DNA of 63,295 nucleotides, filler included, from Conidiobolus incongruus B7586 (Eukaryota): NCBI GenBank assembly GCA_000697335.1. It is 29 parts of 29 records of this genome, joined end to end, with 100 filler letters (N's around TTAATTAATTAA, not from the genome) between each part and the next. Parts side by side here need not be neighbours in the genome. Positions count along the whole stretch, not along the records: positions 1 to 2,516 come from JNEM01000594.1; positions 2,617 to 5,133 come from JNEM01000595.1; positions 5,234 to 8,990 come from JNEM01000596.1; positions 9,091 to 12,107 come from JNEM01000597.1; positions 12,208 to 15,825 come from JNEM01000598.1; 24 more parts are not named here. One strand, 5' to 3'. Shown piece by piece: positions 1 to 12,335 of this stretch (position 1 is its first letter; each line of letters starts with the position of its first letter). The notes under the pieces were generated by a model. It saw only the letters and a program-made list of their open reading frames with translations, ran no database searches and was not told where the DNA came from. The position numbers and the translations under genes were made by a program.

Positions 1-339
1 AATTTAATATAATTATTAAAAGTCTTATTAAAATATAATGATTTATTATTATTTTAAGTTATAAATGAAAAAATATTAAAATATTTAAAGCTTACCTAAA
101 ATATGGGAAGATGTTATTAATAATTCAAATTATAACTATTTATTATTTATATTATATATAAGAAATTATAATTAATTTTGATTTTAAAAATTTTACCATT
201 ATATTATTTTTATACTTATTTTTTTATTTAATCTTTTATTATTAAGTTTAAATTGAAGAATATCAATATTAACTATTTATGTTTTTATATGCTTATATTA
301 AATAATATATTTTAATTTATGAATTTATATATTAATCAA

Positions 340-539
340 TGTCATAAATACATAACTACTCTCATAATCCCCATAAATCACAACGCGACTCACTTTCCTA
401 TAAATAGCTAGACAATATAACCTCTCACAGTGGTGGACTCTGGCGTAGTCAGTCTGTTGATAGCATTTTCTTGGCTCAGCTTCCTCTGTGCTCTGACTCT
501 GCTTAACTAGTCCAATAAATCCAGTGATCATCTGTTATA
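340..539 (+). mobile_element. Solo LTR (~200 bp) of the chromodomain-bearing Ty3/gypsy family
   Basis: Starts TGTCA and ends TGTTATA (inferred mutated ...ACA). Flanks are ATCAA (335-339) and TTCAA (540-544), a near-perfect 5-bp TSD. Contains TATAAATA (399-406) and AATAAA (514-519). Aligns by eye, as reverse complement, with 46882-47080 and 12336-12543. Confidence 0.85.
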
Positions 540-1261
540 TTCAATTTGATTAATTATGTCATTACTAATTAGAACTATTTTGTATATTATATTTATAAAA
601 TATTGAATAAAATAGATATTTTTAATTTCATTTTTTTGCTTATTAATGTATAGATAAATATATTATAATATTATAATATTTTAATATACAATAATATTTA
701 TTAATAAAAAAATCCTTGTTATTATTTAAATTATAAATAGATAACTATTAAATAAATTTTAGTCTTATCATTTCAAGGAAATATTTGCGTTGATAAAGCT
801 TATATTAAATTATTTTTAGTAAACCAAATAATTAGACACATTAGAATAATTTAGTTTCAAGTTATCTGAAAGATAATTTCAAAATAAACAATTATATACA
901 ATAGCGTTAATAACCTTTTTATAATTGAAAATCGCTTTAAAAATATAAAAATATATTTTATATGATATTAAGATAGATCTAGTGATTATTATATTCTGAA
1001 AAAATTCAATATATATTTAGTATTTAACTTACTATAAGATTAATTTTAAAAAATTCAGAGGTGGAGAGCGTATTATAAGGATCCAAGCCTTTCTATAACT
1101 TGAAATACCTTTAAAAAATATTACCTAAAAGTTCAAATTTAATTGGTTAGAATAAATCTTTTTCAATATAAATAAAAAACATTTGTATGATAATAAATTG
1201 AAATATTAAATATATTTAAATGTTTTTGCTGTATTTATGAGTCATACATTTAAGCATTTTT

Positions 1262-1515
1262 TTGTTAATAGATGATGCTTTAATAGATGCAACTAGTGTC
1301 TTAGTTGTATCTTTCATATTATAAATACACATTATATTGTATTATAATAAAGAGCTCTTAGTTTGATACTTGCTTTTATCATCCATTCATAATCAAATCT
1401 AACACAATCTATTTTTTTGATCTGAAAAAATGACTTCAAAAGATAATAATTTCAATATAGATTGTCACCATCCCGAAACCTATAGAACTGTAAACGATGG
1501 AGTTTTACAACAGTT
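1262..1515 (+). repeat. Low-copy dispersed repeat or pseudogene fragment, homologous to 58985-59245 (minus)
   Basis: Both copies share the blocks TTAATAGATGATGCTT, AAATCTAACACA and CACCATCCCGAAACCT..AAACGATGGAG..TTACAACA in the same order. Confidence 0.7.
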
Positions 1516-2516
1516 TTATTTATAATTAAACTAAAATATATCAATGTATTTTTATTATGTTATAATTTAAATAAGGTATTTTATTTAATTATTAAGGAAT
1601 TTTGTAATAATATCTTTTTCTTGAATATATTTTATTATTACTGTAATTTGTAATACCTTAAATTATATAATTAAATTCACTTATTTAATAGCTTAATTTT
1701 TTAATATGATTTTAAATTTGATTTGTTAAAGTTTAATATAATATTTATAACGAAAAAATTAAAGTGCAATTAAAAACAAATAGAATATATATTATGTCAA
1801 AAATCGTAAATTAATTTTAAAATCAAAAAATAGAATATAAAATGTCAAACTCAATTCAATCGAAGAAATTTATAATTTATATCCTTAGATCAAGTTAGCA
1901 AAATATCTAATTCACTTTTTAATCACTTTTTTCCTAATAAATTGGTAAATTATAACTTTATCCTCAAATTTTCTGGCAAACTAATAACTCTATTAATTAA
2001 ACAATATATATCAAAGTAATCTAAATTGTTAAACCACTTAATATTTAAAATATCTTAATAATTAACCCTTTTAACGCTCTTTGCCCTCTATTATAATATT
2101 TTTATTTATTTTAAATTTAATTTTATATATTTAATTAAGTTTAAATCAATTTTGGGTTTTTAATAATAATATCTTGACCTTTATTAATTTAATATGAATA
2201 TTACATTTATTAAGAATACACTAAAAATCAAACATTTTAATTATTTAATTAAATAAGCAACTTGTATCATATCTGGCTATTCTCTTTAATTTTAAAATAT
2301 CCTGATAATTTTATTCGTTAATTATAAATTCTATTTAAATTATTGATTAAATATAAAACTAGTTTAAAGTATTAAAGTGTTATAAACCTAAATAGTAAAA
2401 TAAACAGTTATATAGATACCTTTTTAATTTTTAAATAATATTAATAATATTAAGAGATAAATTATTTAGTATGCTTAATTTAAACTAAACAATATTTCAT
2501 TATATATATAAGAATA

Positions 2517-2616
2517 NNNNNNNNNNNNNNNNNNNNNNNNNNNNNNNNNNNNNNNNNNNNTTAATTAATTAANNNNNNNNNNNNNNNNNNNNNNNNNNNN
2601 NNNNNNNNNNNNNNNN
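2517..2616. other. Artificial contig-joining spacer N44-TTAATTAATTAA-N44 (first of 28)
   Basis: The identical 100-nt spacer, with stops in all six frames, also starts at 5134, 8991, 12108, 15826, 18217, 20463, 23277, 26058, 28999, 31156, 33318, 35281, 37584, 39422, 42061, 44096, 46113, 47935, 49364, 50706, 52351, 54187, 55914, 57217, 58597, 59891 and 61313. Confidence 0.98.
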
Positions 2617-5133
2617 AAATATTTTACCTAATATTAACTTTATAATTATAAATAATAATTTTATTATTATAAGTAAAAATCAATGTAAAAAATTAATTAA
2701 AAACTTAAATAATTAATAAGGATATATATTTATTTATTATTTATATATTAATATCATATTTATTAATTTCAATAAAGTTATATTTAATAATTACTTCTTA
2801 TATAATATAATGAGTTAATTTGCTAATATTTTTAAACTTGTGAGTAAATTACCTTTTAAATATAATATTAAATACAAAATTAAACTTCTCTTTCATATAC
2901 AATTATATTTAAAATTTACTTACGATTTATTCTTTAAATAATACTAAATTTTAAAAAAAATTTAAAAATTACTTGAAAATAAATATATTAAACCTACTTC
3001 TTTATTATGAAAATCTTTTAATTTATTTATATAAAAAGTTGATGATAGTTAGAGATTATGTATTAACAATTATATTTTAAACTTTAAAAATTTTAATGAT
3101 AAAATTTTATTATTAAACCTATATAATATTAAGGATAAATTACTAAAATTAACTATTTTCACTAAGTTAAATATTAAAAATAGTTACTATAATATTAAAA
3201 TAAAAAAAAATTCTATTTGTTTAATTATTTTTAATACTCTTTTAAATCACTATAAATTTACTATTATAAACTTTAAAATGTATAATATCTTTATAACTTT
3301 TATTTAATTTATCAATTCCCTTTTTAATTTTTTTTGAATAATTTTATTATTATTTACTCTAATAATATTTTAATCTTTTTAAATACTAAAGAAGAATATA
3401 TCTAATATATTAATTATATCATATAAATCATTTAAAAATATAAATTATTTTTGAAAATATTAAAATTTTTTTTAAAGTTATTTCTATTTTTTTTTTGTAG
3501 TTATATTATTTTTTTATTAGAGAATTAACATTAATTTAACTAAACTAAATGATGTTAAAGCTTTTATTATATCTATAAATAAAGATTAACTTATATTTAT
3601 ACTTAAATTATTAAATTATTTTAAAAATTTTATTAATTTATTTATTGAACTTATAATTCTTTTAACTAATCTCCTAAGAAAAAACTCTCTTTTTGAATAA
3701 ACTTTATAATATATTTTTTGCATAAATGTTTTAATTTTCTATATTATTAATGTTTTTACCTTATTTATTTTTGATTTAAAACTACCTACTATTATTTTTA
3801 TTAACTTAAATTCTTTTATAACTAGTAAATAGTTAGCTTGGTTTAAATTTAATTTATATTTTACCCCTTAACTATAAAATAAAATAATAAATAAAGAAGA
3901 ATAAGTTAAGTTTAATTTTACAAATATTATCTTAAAGTTAATAATATTTTAATTAAAAAAATAAATCCAGTTAAATTTAAATATTAAGTTTATAAATAAA
4001 ATATCTTAAATAAAAATAATCAAAAATCACTTATATTTCTTATTTTATAGTTTTTTTTAGTATTTATAAATTATAAATTACTTATCTAATAAAATACTCA
4101 AAAACATCTATTAAAAAAATAAATTAGATATATTAAAATTATCTAAGCTTATTTTTTCTTCATTTAATATCTTTTAAGATAATAAAATTATATTATAGTT
4201 ATTTTATTAAAAAATCTTACATATTTATCCTTTTATTCGAATTATAAAAACCTAATAAATATTAATTTAATGATTATTAGTAAAAGAAATAAAGAACTTA
4301 TTAAATTATTTTAAAAAATTTTATTAAATCATAATTACTTTATATTAATTAAAGAAAAACTCTCTAAATTATTAGAAAACTAATTAAAATATGTTAAAAA
4401 ATTCAAAATTACTGATAACTTATTATATTATAATAATTGCCAATATATTCTTAATATTTTTAAAATTTAATAAGTAATATTTGATGAATATTATAATTTA
4501 TTTATTAAATGATATTAAAACTAGTTGAAAATTAATAAAAGAATTAGAATAAAGTATTATTAATATTTTTTAATTAAAATTAGTTTAGAAATATATTAAT
4601 ATCTATGATATATGTTAAAAAACTAAATATAATACCTAATTACAATATAGTAAACTTATTCTTTTATAAGTTTTGAATAAAACTTAATAATAAATCTAAA
4701 TTAATCTCATAGAAATTTTTAAATTAGCAAATTATTATGATGATTTACTAAGTGTTATTGATTTGTTTTTTAAATATACTTATTTTATTCCTTGCTTCAA
4801 AACTTTTATAATTAAAAGTATTATATAATTATTATTTTTTAATATTTTTACTTATTATAAAATTCCTCAAATTATTATATCTAATAAAAATATATAATTC
4901 AACTTTTAATTTTAAAAGTTACTATTTTTTCCTTTAAGATTAACTTAACTATATCTATTACTAATTATTATTAAACCAATAAACTTATTGAAAGAATTAT
5001 TAAAACCTTAAAGTAAATGATCGAATCTTATATTAACACTAATTAATTAAATTAGGATTCTTATAATCTACCAATTTTAATATTCATTCAATATTTTTAT
5101 TAATAAATTAATTGGTTTTAGCTTTTATTTTAT
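2617..5133 (+). mobile_element. Degenerate Ty3/gypsy pol relic (RT-RNaseH-integrase), family 1
   Basis: Reversing C->T/G->A changes gives RT-like KKVDGSWRLCID (~3030), YxDD-like YSNNILIF (~3355) and LLRKNSxFEW (~3670). It also gives integrase-like IPQIIISDR (~4860) and STANHHQTDGLxERIIKTLKQMI (~4955). Collinear with 46213-47934 (minus). Confidence 0.8.
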
Positions 5134-7562
5134 NNNNNNNNNNNNNNNNNNNNNNNNNNNNNNNNNNNNNNNNNNNNTTAATTAATTAANNNNNNNNNNN
5201 NNNNNNNNNNNNNNNNNNNNNNNNNNNNNNNNNAATTTATATTAAATAATATTAATTCAGAAATTAACCTTTATAATATTATATTTAATAATATAATTTA
5301 ATTATATATATTATTTAAATTTCAATATATAATAAATTCTCACTTTGATATTATAATAGGAATTAATAATATTAGAATCAAAAATGATAACATTTTGAAG
5401 ATTTTAAATTTTATTTAATAAAAACATAATATTATATAAATATATCATTATATAGTATTAAATATATTATATTTAATATAAGTAAATTGTTATTAAAATA
5501 AAAATAAAATATTTATAATATAAATATTAAAATATTTTAAAATTTTATTCAAAATAAATAATATAAATAGATATTTCAATAATATAATTATTTAAGAATT
5601 ATCATTTTGATAAGAAATAATCTTGTCAATCACTCAAGAAACTATGATTACCACATTGAATCAAAGTCACATTGGAGAACTCCCATTTCATGAACACTAA
5701 TATAACATTAACACGAATGAAATAATAAACACATCACTTTTATCTTGTTTTCAAAAGTATCCAGTCTTTAAGTTTTTCCTGTAACTCTCACAAAAGTGTT
5801 CAGTTGTGACTAGCGTGAGATAATTACTTTACACAAAGAACCTATTTACAGTAAGCCATTTGGACCTCATTTGGTGAACCCCATCAATTTCCCGTAACTA
5901 TGTGGTAACCAGTCGTTTACCACTGGTGGTTCCCTGTTTAAGCTCCAAAAGTCTGTTTCCTCCCACAATTACGGAGGTCAATTTAATGATATTTATATTA
6001 GTTAAATTTCAAAGTAACTTTCGTGAAAAATAAATTACAATACAAATATTGAATACGGAAAAGTTATTGAAATTCATATTATTAAAATTTAAATCAGTCA
6101 AATTTTCACAAATAATTAATATTTATTATATTTTATAGTAAGATAATTATATATATATATATTTTAATAATAATGTAATAATATTTAAGTTTTTCTCCAA
6201 ATATTAATTCATCAACTAATAACTTAATTTTATTAAAATATTTAATTATTATGTCAAAAATAATACATTGGAGAAGTGCATATAAACGAATGTTTTAGAC
6301 AATTATTTTTTATTATTAGATAAGCATATATTTTTGTACCTTTAAATGTAAATTACTATTAACGTGAAAATTTATTAAACAATAGTTTAAATTAATGCAA
6401 GTTCATCTTGATTAGTCCCTATTCTATTAATAAAAATCGATTTTTTCTTTATATTGATGATAATTTAGTGATAAAATCCTGCTAAGCAAATCATTGGACA
6501 TTGTGGAATTTCTGATTTATTCAATGAGACATTTTGCATCAACTAGTACACTCATTTAAATCAATTAATTAGAATTGTAACATGATAAACTATTTTAAAA
6601 CCATAGAATTACATTTATTATACACATTTCATTTTCAATTTAAATAAAATTATTTTATTATCAAAAATGCATTGCGAAAAACTGAGTCAAATCCAAAGGA
6701 TCACATATAACACATATGTATCTCATTGAATGTAGGTATAATCTAATTATATGTGAATTCAACAAACTGAAATGTACTGTGATAGATGATATCATGGTCT
6801 AATAATCATAGAAATATTATTAACTTATATTTGTACTTATTTTAGATCTTTCAAAATATTATCTTGCTGATACAAAACTGGAAATGAATAAAATGGTTTT
6901 GACTAATAATTACAAAATGATTAATATAACTTGATTTAAATTATATTTTTGATTAATTTTGTTGAAATTAGTTCAAAACAAATATTATATTTTAAACAAA
7001 TTTAAATGTTCAAATCACTGTTATCAATAAAAATATATATTAATTTATATAAATTACTTAGTATATTATCAATCATAAAAATACATGGAATGCATATATT
7101 TCTATTACTTTAAATTGACTAATTCATAATTTTGATATTAACATAAAAAATTACTGTAAATATATACTCATTGAACTATCAATATATGATATAATCTTTT
7201 ATGATTTATGAATTAAAATAACTTTATTCAGCAATTGCTAAGTTAGCATTTGGATAACCACCTGTTGATGACAGAGTTTACCACAATGCGATTCTGATTA
7301 CTGATCTAAATAAACTAATTTATATTTGCATCTAATGACATAAAGCTTATTACATGAAACAATTAAAAGTTTTAATGCTTAATGAAAAAAAATGTATTAT
7401 TTAATATCAACAATTATAGAACAGTTATTAAGATTAATTTGAATATAATCTCCCGAATAACCTTAATTAGAAATTACTACAAATTAACTATATATTGAGT
7501 AGAAATTCAATAGCAAACAACATTATTATAACTATCAAGTATTGTTCTACATTATTACCAAC

Positions 7563-8303
7563 ATGAGCTTAAACAACAAAGTTGCATTCATTACTGGCTC
7601 AAGCAAGAACATGGGAAGAGCTTTTGCTGAGGAATTGGCAAAGCAAGGTGCCAGGATTGTGATTCATCATCATAGCGATAATTCACGTGCTGCTGCAGAA
7701 GAAGCAGTATCGTCCATTCAAACAGAATCTTTCATTGTTAATGGAGATTTGTCTAAACCTGATGTTATCAAAGATATCTTCAAACAAATCATTGACAAGT
7801 TTGGTAGATTAGATATAGTTATCAACAATGCTGGTGAAGTTTTGAAAAAACCTTTTACTGAAATCACTGAGGTAGAATATGACCGTGTTTTCGGCATCAA
7901 TGCTAAAGCTGCTTTCTTTGTCATGCAAGAGGCTGCTAAATGCATCAGCGACAATGGTAGAATCATCAACATGGGCACTTCTTTGTTAGCTGTCACAACT
8001 CCTTTTTATTCTGCTTATGCTGGATCTAAAGCTCCTTTGGAACATTTCACTAGGGCTTTAGCCAAGGAGTTAGGCCATAGAGGTATCACTGTTAACACTG
8101 TTGCTCCAGGTCCTATTGATACACCATTCTTTTATGGTCAAGAAACTGATGAATCTGTAGCCATGTTTACTAATATGACTCCTGCTAAACGTTTGGGCCT
8201 TGTTGATGATATAGTACCTGTCATTAGCTTTTTAGTTTCTGAAAATGCTAAATGGGTTAGTGCTCAGACTATATTTGTTAATGGTGCCCTTATTACTCGC
8301 TAA
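7563..8303 (+). CDS. Classical short-chain dehydrogenase/reductase (SDR), 246 aa, intronless
   Basis: ATG at 7563 (the track start at 7542 is a TTG). Motifs: Rossmann variant TGSSKNMG, DIVINNAG, catalytic YAGSK, VNTVAPGPIDT and C-terminal QTIFVNG. GC is clearly above the flanks and there is no RIP damage. Confidence 0.95.
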   Translation: MSLNNKVAFITGSSKNMGRAFAEELAKQGARIVIHHHSDNSRAAAEEAVSSIQTESFIVNGDLSKPDVIKDIFKQIIDKFGRLDIVINNAGEVLKKPFTEITEVEYDRVFGINAKAAFFVMQEAAKCISDNGRIINMGTSLLAVTTPFYSAYAGSKAPLEHFTRALAKELGHRGITVNTVAPGPIDTPFFYGQETDESVAMFTNMTPAKRLGLVDDIVPVISFLVSENAKWVSAQTIFVNGALITR

Positions 8304-9939
8304 TGAACTATATATCAACTAAATCATTCATTATTTTGGATTTTTTGAATTATCATTGATATTCTATATAAATTATTTGAGTAATAATCTTAACTTAAGC
8401 ATATTATGATATTAAATATATAATCAGTTTTTTATTAGTTATAAACTATCAGACTATTTAATATTAGCTTTGAAAATAAAATTAATTAATATATACCATA
8501 ATCAAATATCACTAAAAAGTATAGTAATATATTATAACATTAAGATTAATAAAATATTAATTATATTTAATTTTAAATTTTTAATATAACCTTAATAATA
8601 TCACATATTTTTATCTATATTCCTGATATCAAATTTAAAAGAATTTTTATTATAATTATCATAGATATATTATTTATAATATAATTTTGATAATATTAAT
8701 AATCTAAAATCTTTTTTTAATATTTGAGAATATATTGTTAATTTAATATTATATTTATAATAAATTGGTTATATTGAATAATATTGAGAATTTTCTGAAT
8801 TTAGAAAAAATTTAAGAAAATAAAATTTACAATTATATTAATAGATAAATTTTATTGATAATTGATATTTAACATTTAATATTATAAATATATTATTATT
8901 ATTAGATTAAGGTTATTAATTTTATCTATATTATAATAAACTAAAAATATGATTTATTATTAGTAATAATTATTTTATTAAAATTATAATNNNNNNNNNN
9001 NNNNNNNNNNNNNNNNNNNNNNNNNNNNNNNNNNTTAATTAATTAANNNNNNNNNNNNNNNNNNNNNNNNNNNNNNNNNNNNNNNNNNNNATTTTTAAAT
9101 TAAATAATTATAAAATTTTAATATTCAAAAAAATATTTATTATAATTAAAATCTAATTAATAGTTAAGAATTTATTTAATATAATTCAAAATATATTATA
9201 TTTATAATTAATTCTATTAAAACAATTATTCAAGTTAACAATATCAAAATTTGGAATAATAATATATTATAATCTATTATAATCTATTTTTGAATTATAT
9301 TTAATATCAATTTTAAATATTGGTTGTAATAAAGTTTTAAATTATTATAATAATTAATATTAGTTAATATTCTCATTATTTGAGTATATTAATAGAATTT
9401 TCTTAAATTGAAATTTTAATATAATCATATTTATTGGAATAAAATTTGGATATAGAATGGAATAATTGAAAAAAATACATTAAAAATTTAATTTTTTGAT
9501 AAAAATTTTATATATCATTGAAATGTTAAGGATTAATTCAGTGTATGCGATGTTATATTCATTAATTAATTTGTATTATAATTTATGATAATTATAAAAT
9601 CACTATGGCTGATAGATTATCACCTTGGAAAGGCTTAAATATAAGTAATTCAAATTTTGAATAAGGTTTATTATTTGTTATGTATAGTATCAAAGTTGTT
9701 AATTTTATAAATTAAATTATAAATTTTAAACTATTGAATTATTTTAAGTTAATAATACAGATATATACTTATGAATAAGCTAAATTTTTATTTATAACTA
9801 AAATGAGTTAAATTATAAATAATTTTTTAATGTTTTGATTTCATATTCGAATACTTAATTTAAAATAACTGTCATATCATTCTATAGTAGAAAATTCAAT
9901 ATAATAATATGATAGATATATTTCTTAAATTATAAATAT

Positions 9940-10371
9940 TCACTCATTTATATATTCAATTCCATCATCCAGCCACACAATAAACTCTCTTGTACTCTGA
10001 CAATATTCATGTTTAATATCATACCAAGCCAATTCTGAATCCATATCAAATTTGGATCTGCACGAAATTTCCAAATTAAATTCTTTACCTTCAGTAACCA
10101 GATTCACATTACATACTTCTCTTTCGCATTTCAAATCCTTGATAAAATCCCCGCCCTGACTGGATAAAAATCTAGTAGATTTCTCACATTTTAAATAATT
10201 GGAAGTGTTTGAGTGGCACCATGACCCAGTTCTCCCACCTGCATCACTTTTTAAATTTATTGTGTATTTGCGTACAAATAATGTGATAGATCTGGTATTG
10301 TCGATGCGAAGATCAATTTTCCAGCTAATTGATGGAACTAGGAGAAGCGGGATGAAAGTAAATAATTTCAT
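9940..10371 (-). CDS. Small secreted cysteine-rich protein, 143 aa, unknown function
   Basis: Open ATG-to-stop frame on a GC-richer island. N-terminus MKLFTFIPLLLVPSIS-W looks like a signal peptide, and the mature part has six Cys. Confidence 0.8.
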   Translation of the reverse strand: MKLFTFIPLLLVPSISWKIDLRIDNTRSITLFVRKYTINLKSDAGGRTGSWCHSNTSNYLKCEKSTRFLSSQGGDFIKDLKCEREVCNVNLVTEGKEFNLEISCRSKFDMDSELAWYDIKHEYCQSTREFIVWLDDGIEYINE

Positions 10372-11411
10372 TATTAAAATATATTATAAAACTTATAGTT
10401 AACTTTAATAAAAATATTATAGAGATCAAATCATCAATTTTATACTAAAAAACTATTAATTAAGAAAAATTTTCAAATTATAAGTTATAAAAGATAAATA
10501 TAAAATTCAAAGGTCATTCAATTTTAAATTTACAAAGAAGAGAATGAAATACTTATTCTAGGTATTAAATAATAAAGGAATAATTAATCTAAGTTGATAT
10601 TTTAGCTTATTTGAAATTCTGAGAATTTTAAATCTCGATCAAAAAATTAATTACTCATGATTTTAATCAATTTATAATTTTAATCTTAATTCAATTTCAA
10701 AATCATTCCATATTATATATTAATTTATAAGAAATATATTAATTTTTTATTAGATATAGTAAAATTTTTTTTAATTAATTTTATTGAATATTCATTAAAT
10801 TTTATTCTTAAATTAATCAATTACACTGACATAATTTGAAGTTTTCAAAAATTTATTAAAAAAGTGACATATAAAATATATTTCTACATTACACTCATAT
10901 ATTTCTTATTCCAATTAAAACAAATTTATCTTCATTGATAAAACATCATTGTATGTGTTGTATGGTTATCATTTAAAGCAATTAAATTACTAAAATGTTG
11001 AATATGCTCTGTTTGGTCGCTTTTTACTTTAGATATTGATATTTTATTGAAAAAAGATCGTGTATTAGAGTATTCAACTTATGATCGACTTCATATGATT
11101 AAAATATAGAGGATTATAAAGGTTAAAAGATTGGATCTCCAGTAATACAACTTAAAAGGTTACTGGTTTAAATTATTATTAAATTATAAATTAAAATCTT
11201 TTTATAAAATAAATATAAATGAAATTATAGATAATGAGACTTTGAGGCATTAAAAAATAAGACAAGGTATAAATTAAGAATAAATAACCTAAAAGTGATA
11301 AGTAGTGAATTTGATATAAATATATAATTCTATGACCTAAGTAATTTAGATGTAATTTGCAATAATTATAGTGATAAATATTGTGAGTAAAATATATTTC
11401 AAAATTTATAT

Positions 11412-11482
11412 GCAATGGTGGTTTAGTGGTATAATTACCGCCTGCCACGCGGTAGACCGGGGTTCGATTCCCCGCCATTGCA
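11412..11482 (+). tRNA. tRNA-Gly (anticodon GCC), 71 nt, no intron, no encoded CCA
   Basis: Acceptor stem GCAATGG/CCATTGC, D-arm TGGTTTAGTGGTATAAT, anticodon arm ACCGC-CTGCCAC-GCGGT, T-arm with GGTTCGATTCC, discriminator A. Confidence 0.97.
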
Positions 11483-11494
11483 TCATATTACTAG

Positions 11495-11499
11495 TTTTT
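11495..11499 (+). terminator. Probable RNA polymerase III oligo-T terminator of tRNA-Gly
   Basis: TTTTT 12 nt after the tRNA 3' end, with a T7 run shortly after. Confidence 0.6.
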
Positions 11500-12335
11500 C
11501 AATTTTTTATCTTTAATATCATTTTAACTAAATCTTTATATATATTTTCTAAATACTTTATTTATCAATTATATTAAAATATATAATTTTGCAAGTTTGA
11601 ATTTATTTTTATAGTTCAATATTAATCAATTATTATATTAATTAATTTTTTATTTAATTTTAATACTTTTAATACTATATAAATTTATTTATTTGGAATG
11701 AAAAAATACTAAATTTTTAATTTTATTTTATTTATAAAATTGGTTTTGGAATATAAATTATATATATAATATTTATATTTAAATATTTACAATCAAATTT
11801 TATTTTATTTTAAAAAATAATCCTCAAATGTTTTTGAATTTAATATTATTAAATTTAATAATAAACTTTTTAAAAATATTAAAATATACAAAAAACATAT
11901 AAGAATAATATTTTATTTAATATTACTATTTATTATAAGTTTTATTATTTTATCATTAAAATTATTATTTTTCATATTTTATTTTAATTTATTAATCAAA
12001 TTTTTATTACTATTTTTTTAATAATAAACTAAGAGAATATATTATAAACTATCTTTTTATCCTAAATAAAAAAATATTAAAATTATGTTATATTAGTAAT
12101 ATATATANNNNNNNNNNNNNNNNNNNNNNNNNNNNNNNNNNNNNNNNNNNNTTAATTAATTAANNNNNNNNNNNNNNNNNNNNNNNNNNNNNNNNNNNNN
12201 NNNNNNNAATTTATTTAAAATTAACAAATATAAAAAATAATAAAATTCTTTTATAATTAAATGATAAAAAAATTATCTTAATAATAAATATTATTAATAT
12301 TATCAAAATTTTTGATAAATATTAAAATAATTAAT

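Noticed and set aside
325..531. 68-aa ORF on the minus strand
   Set aside because: It lies almost entirely within a solo LTR, and the homologous copies do not keep the frame.
2561..2572. Recurrent TTAATTAATTAA as a CRISPR-like or biological repeat array
   Set aside because: It is always flanked by exactly 44 N on each side, so it is an assembly linker with six-frame stops.
5700..5900. Group I intron, RNase P or TPP riboswitch resemblance
   Set aside because: Only isolated short motif look-alikes; the required pairings (P7, P4) and the TPP 3' consensus are absent.
7718..7996. 92-aa antisense ORF
   Set aside because: Shadow of the SDR coding strand.
10199..10402. 67-aa plus-strand ORF
   Set aside because: Antisense shadow of the secreted protein gene, with a non-ATG start.
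11191..11577. Two ORFs (11191-11478 minus, 11371-11577 plus)
   Set aside because: Both overlap the tRNA-Gly gene and run into low-complexity AT DNA.
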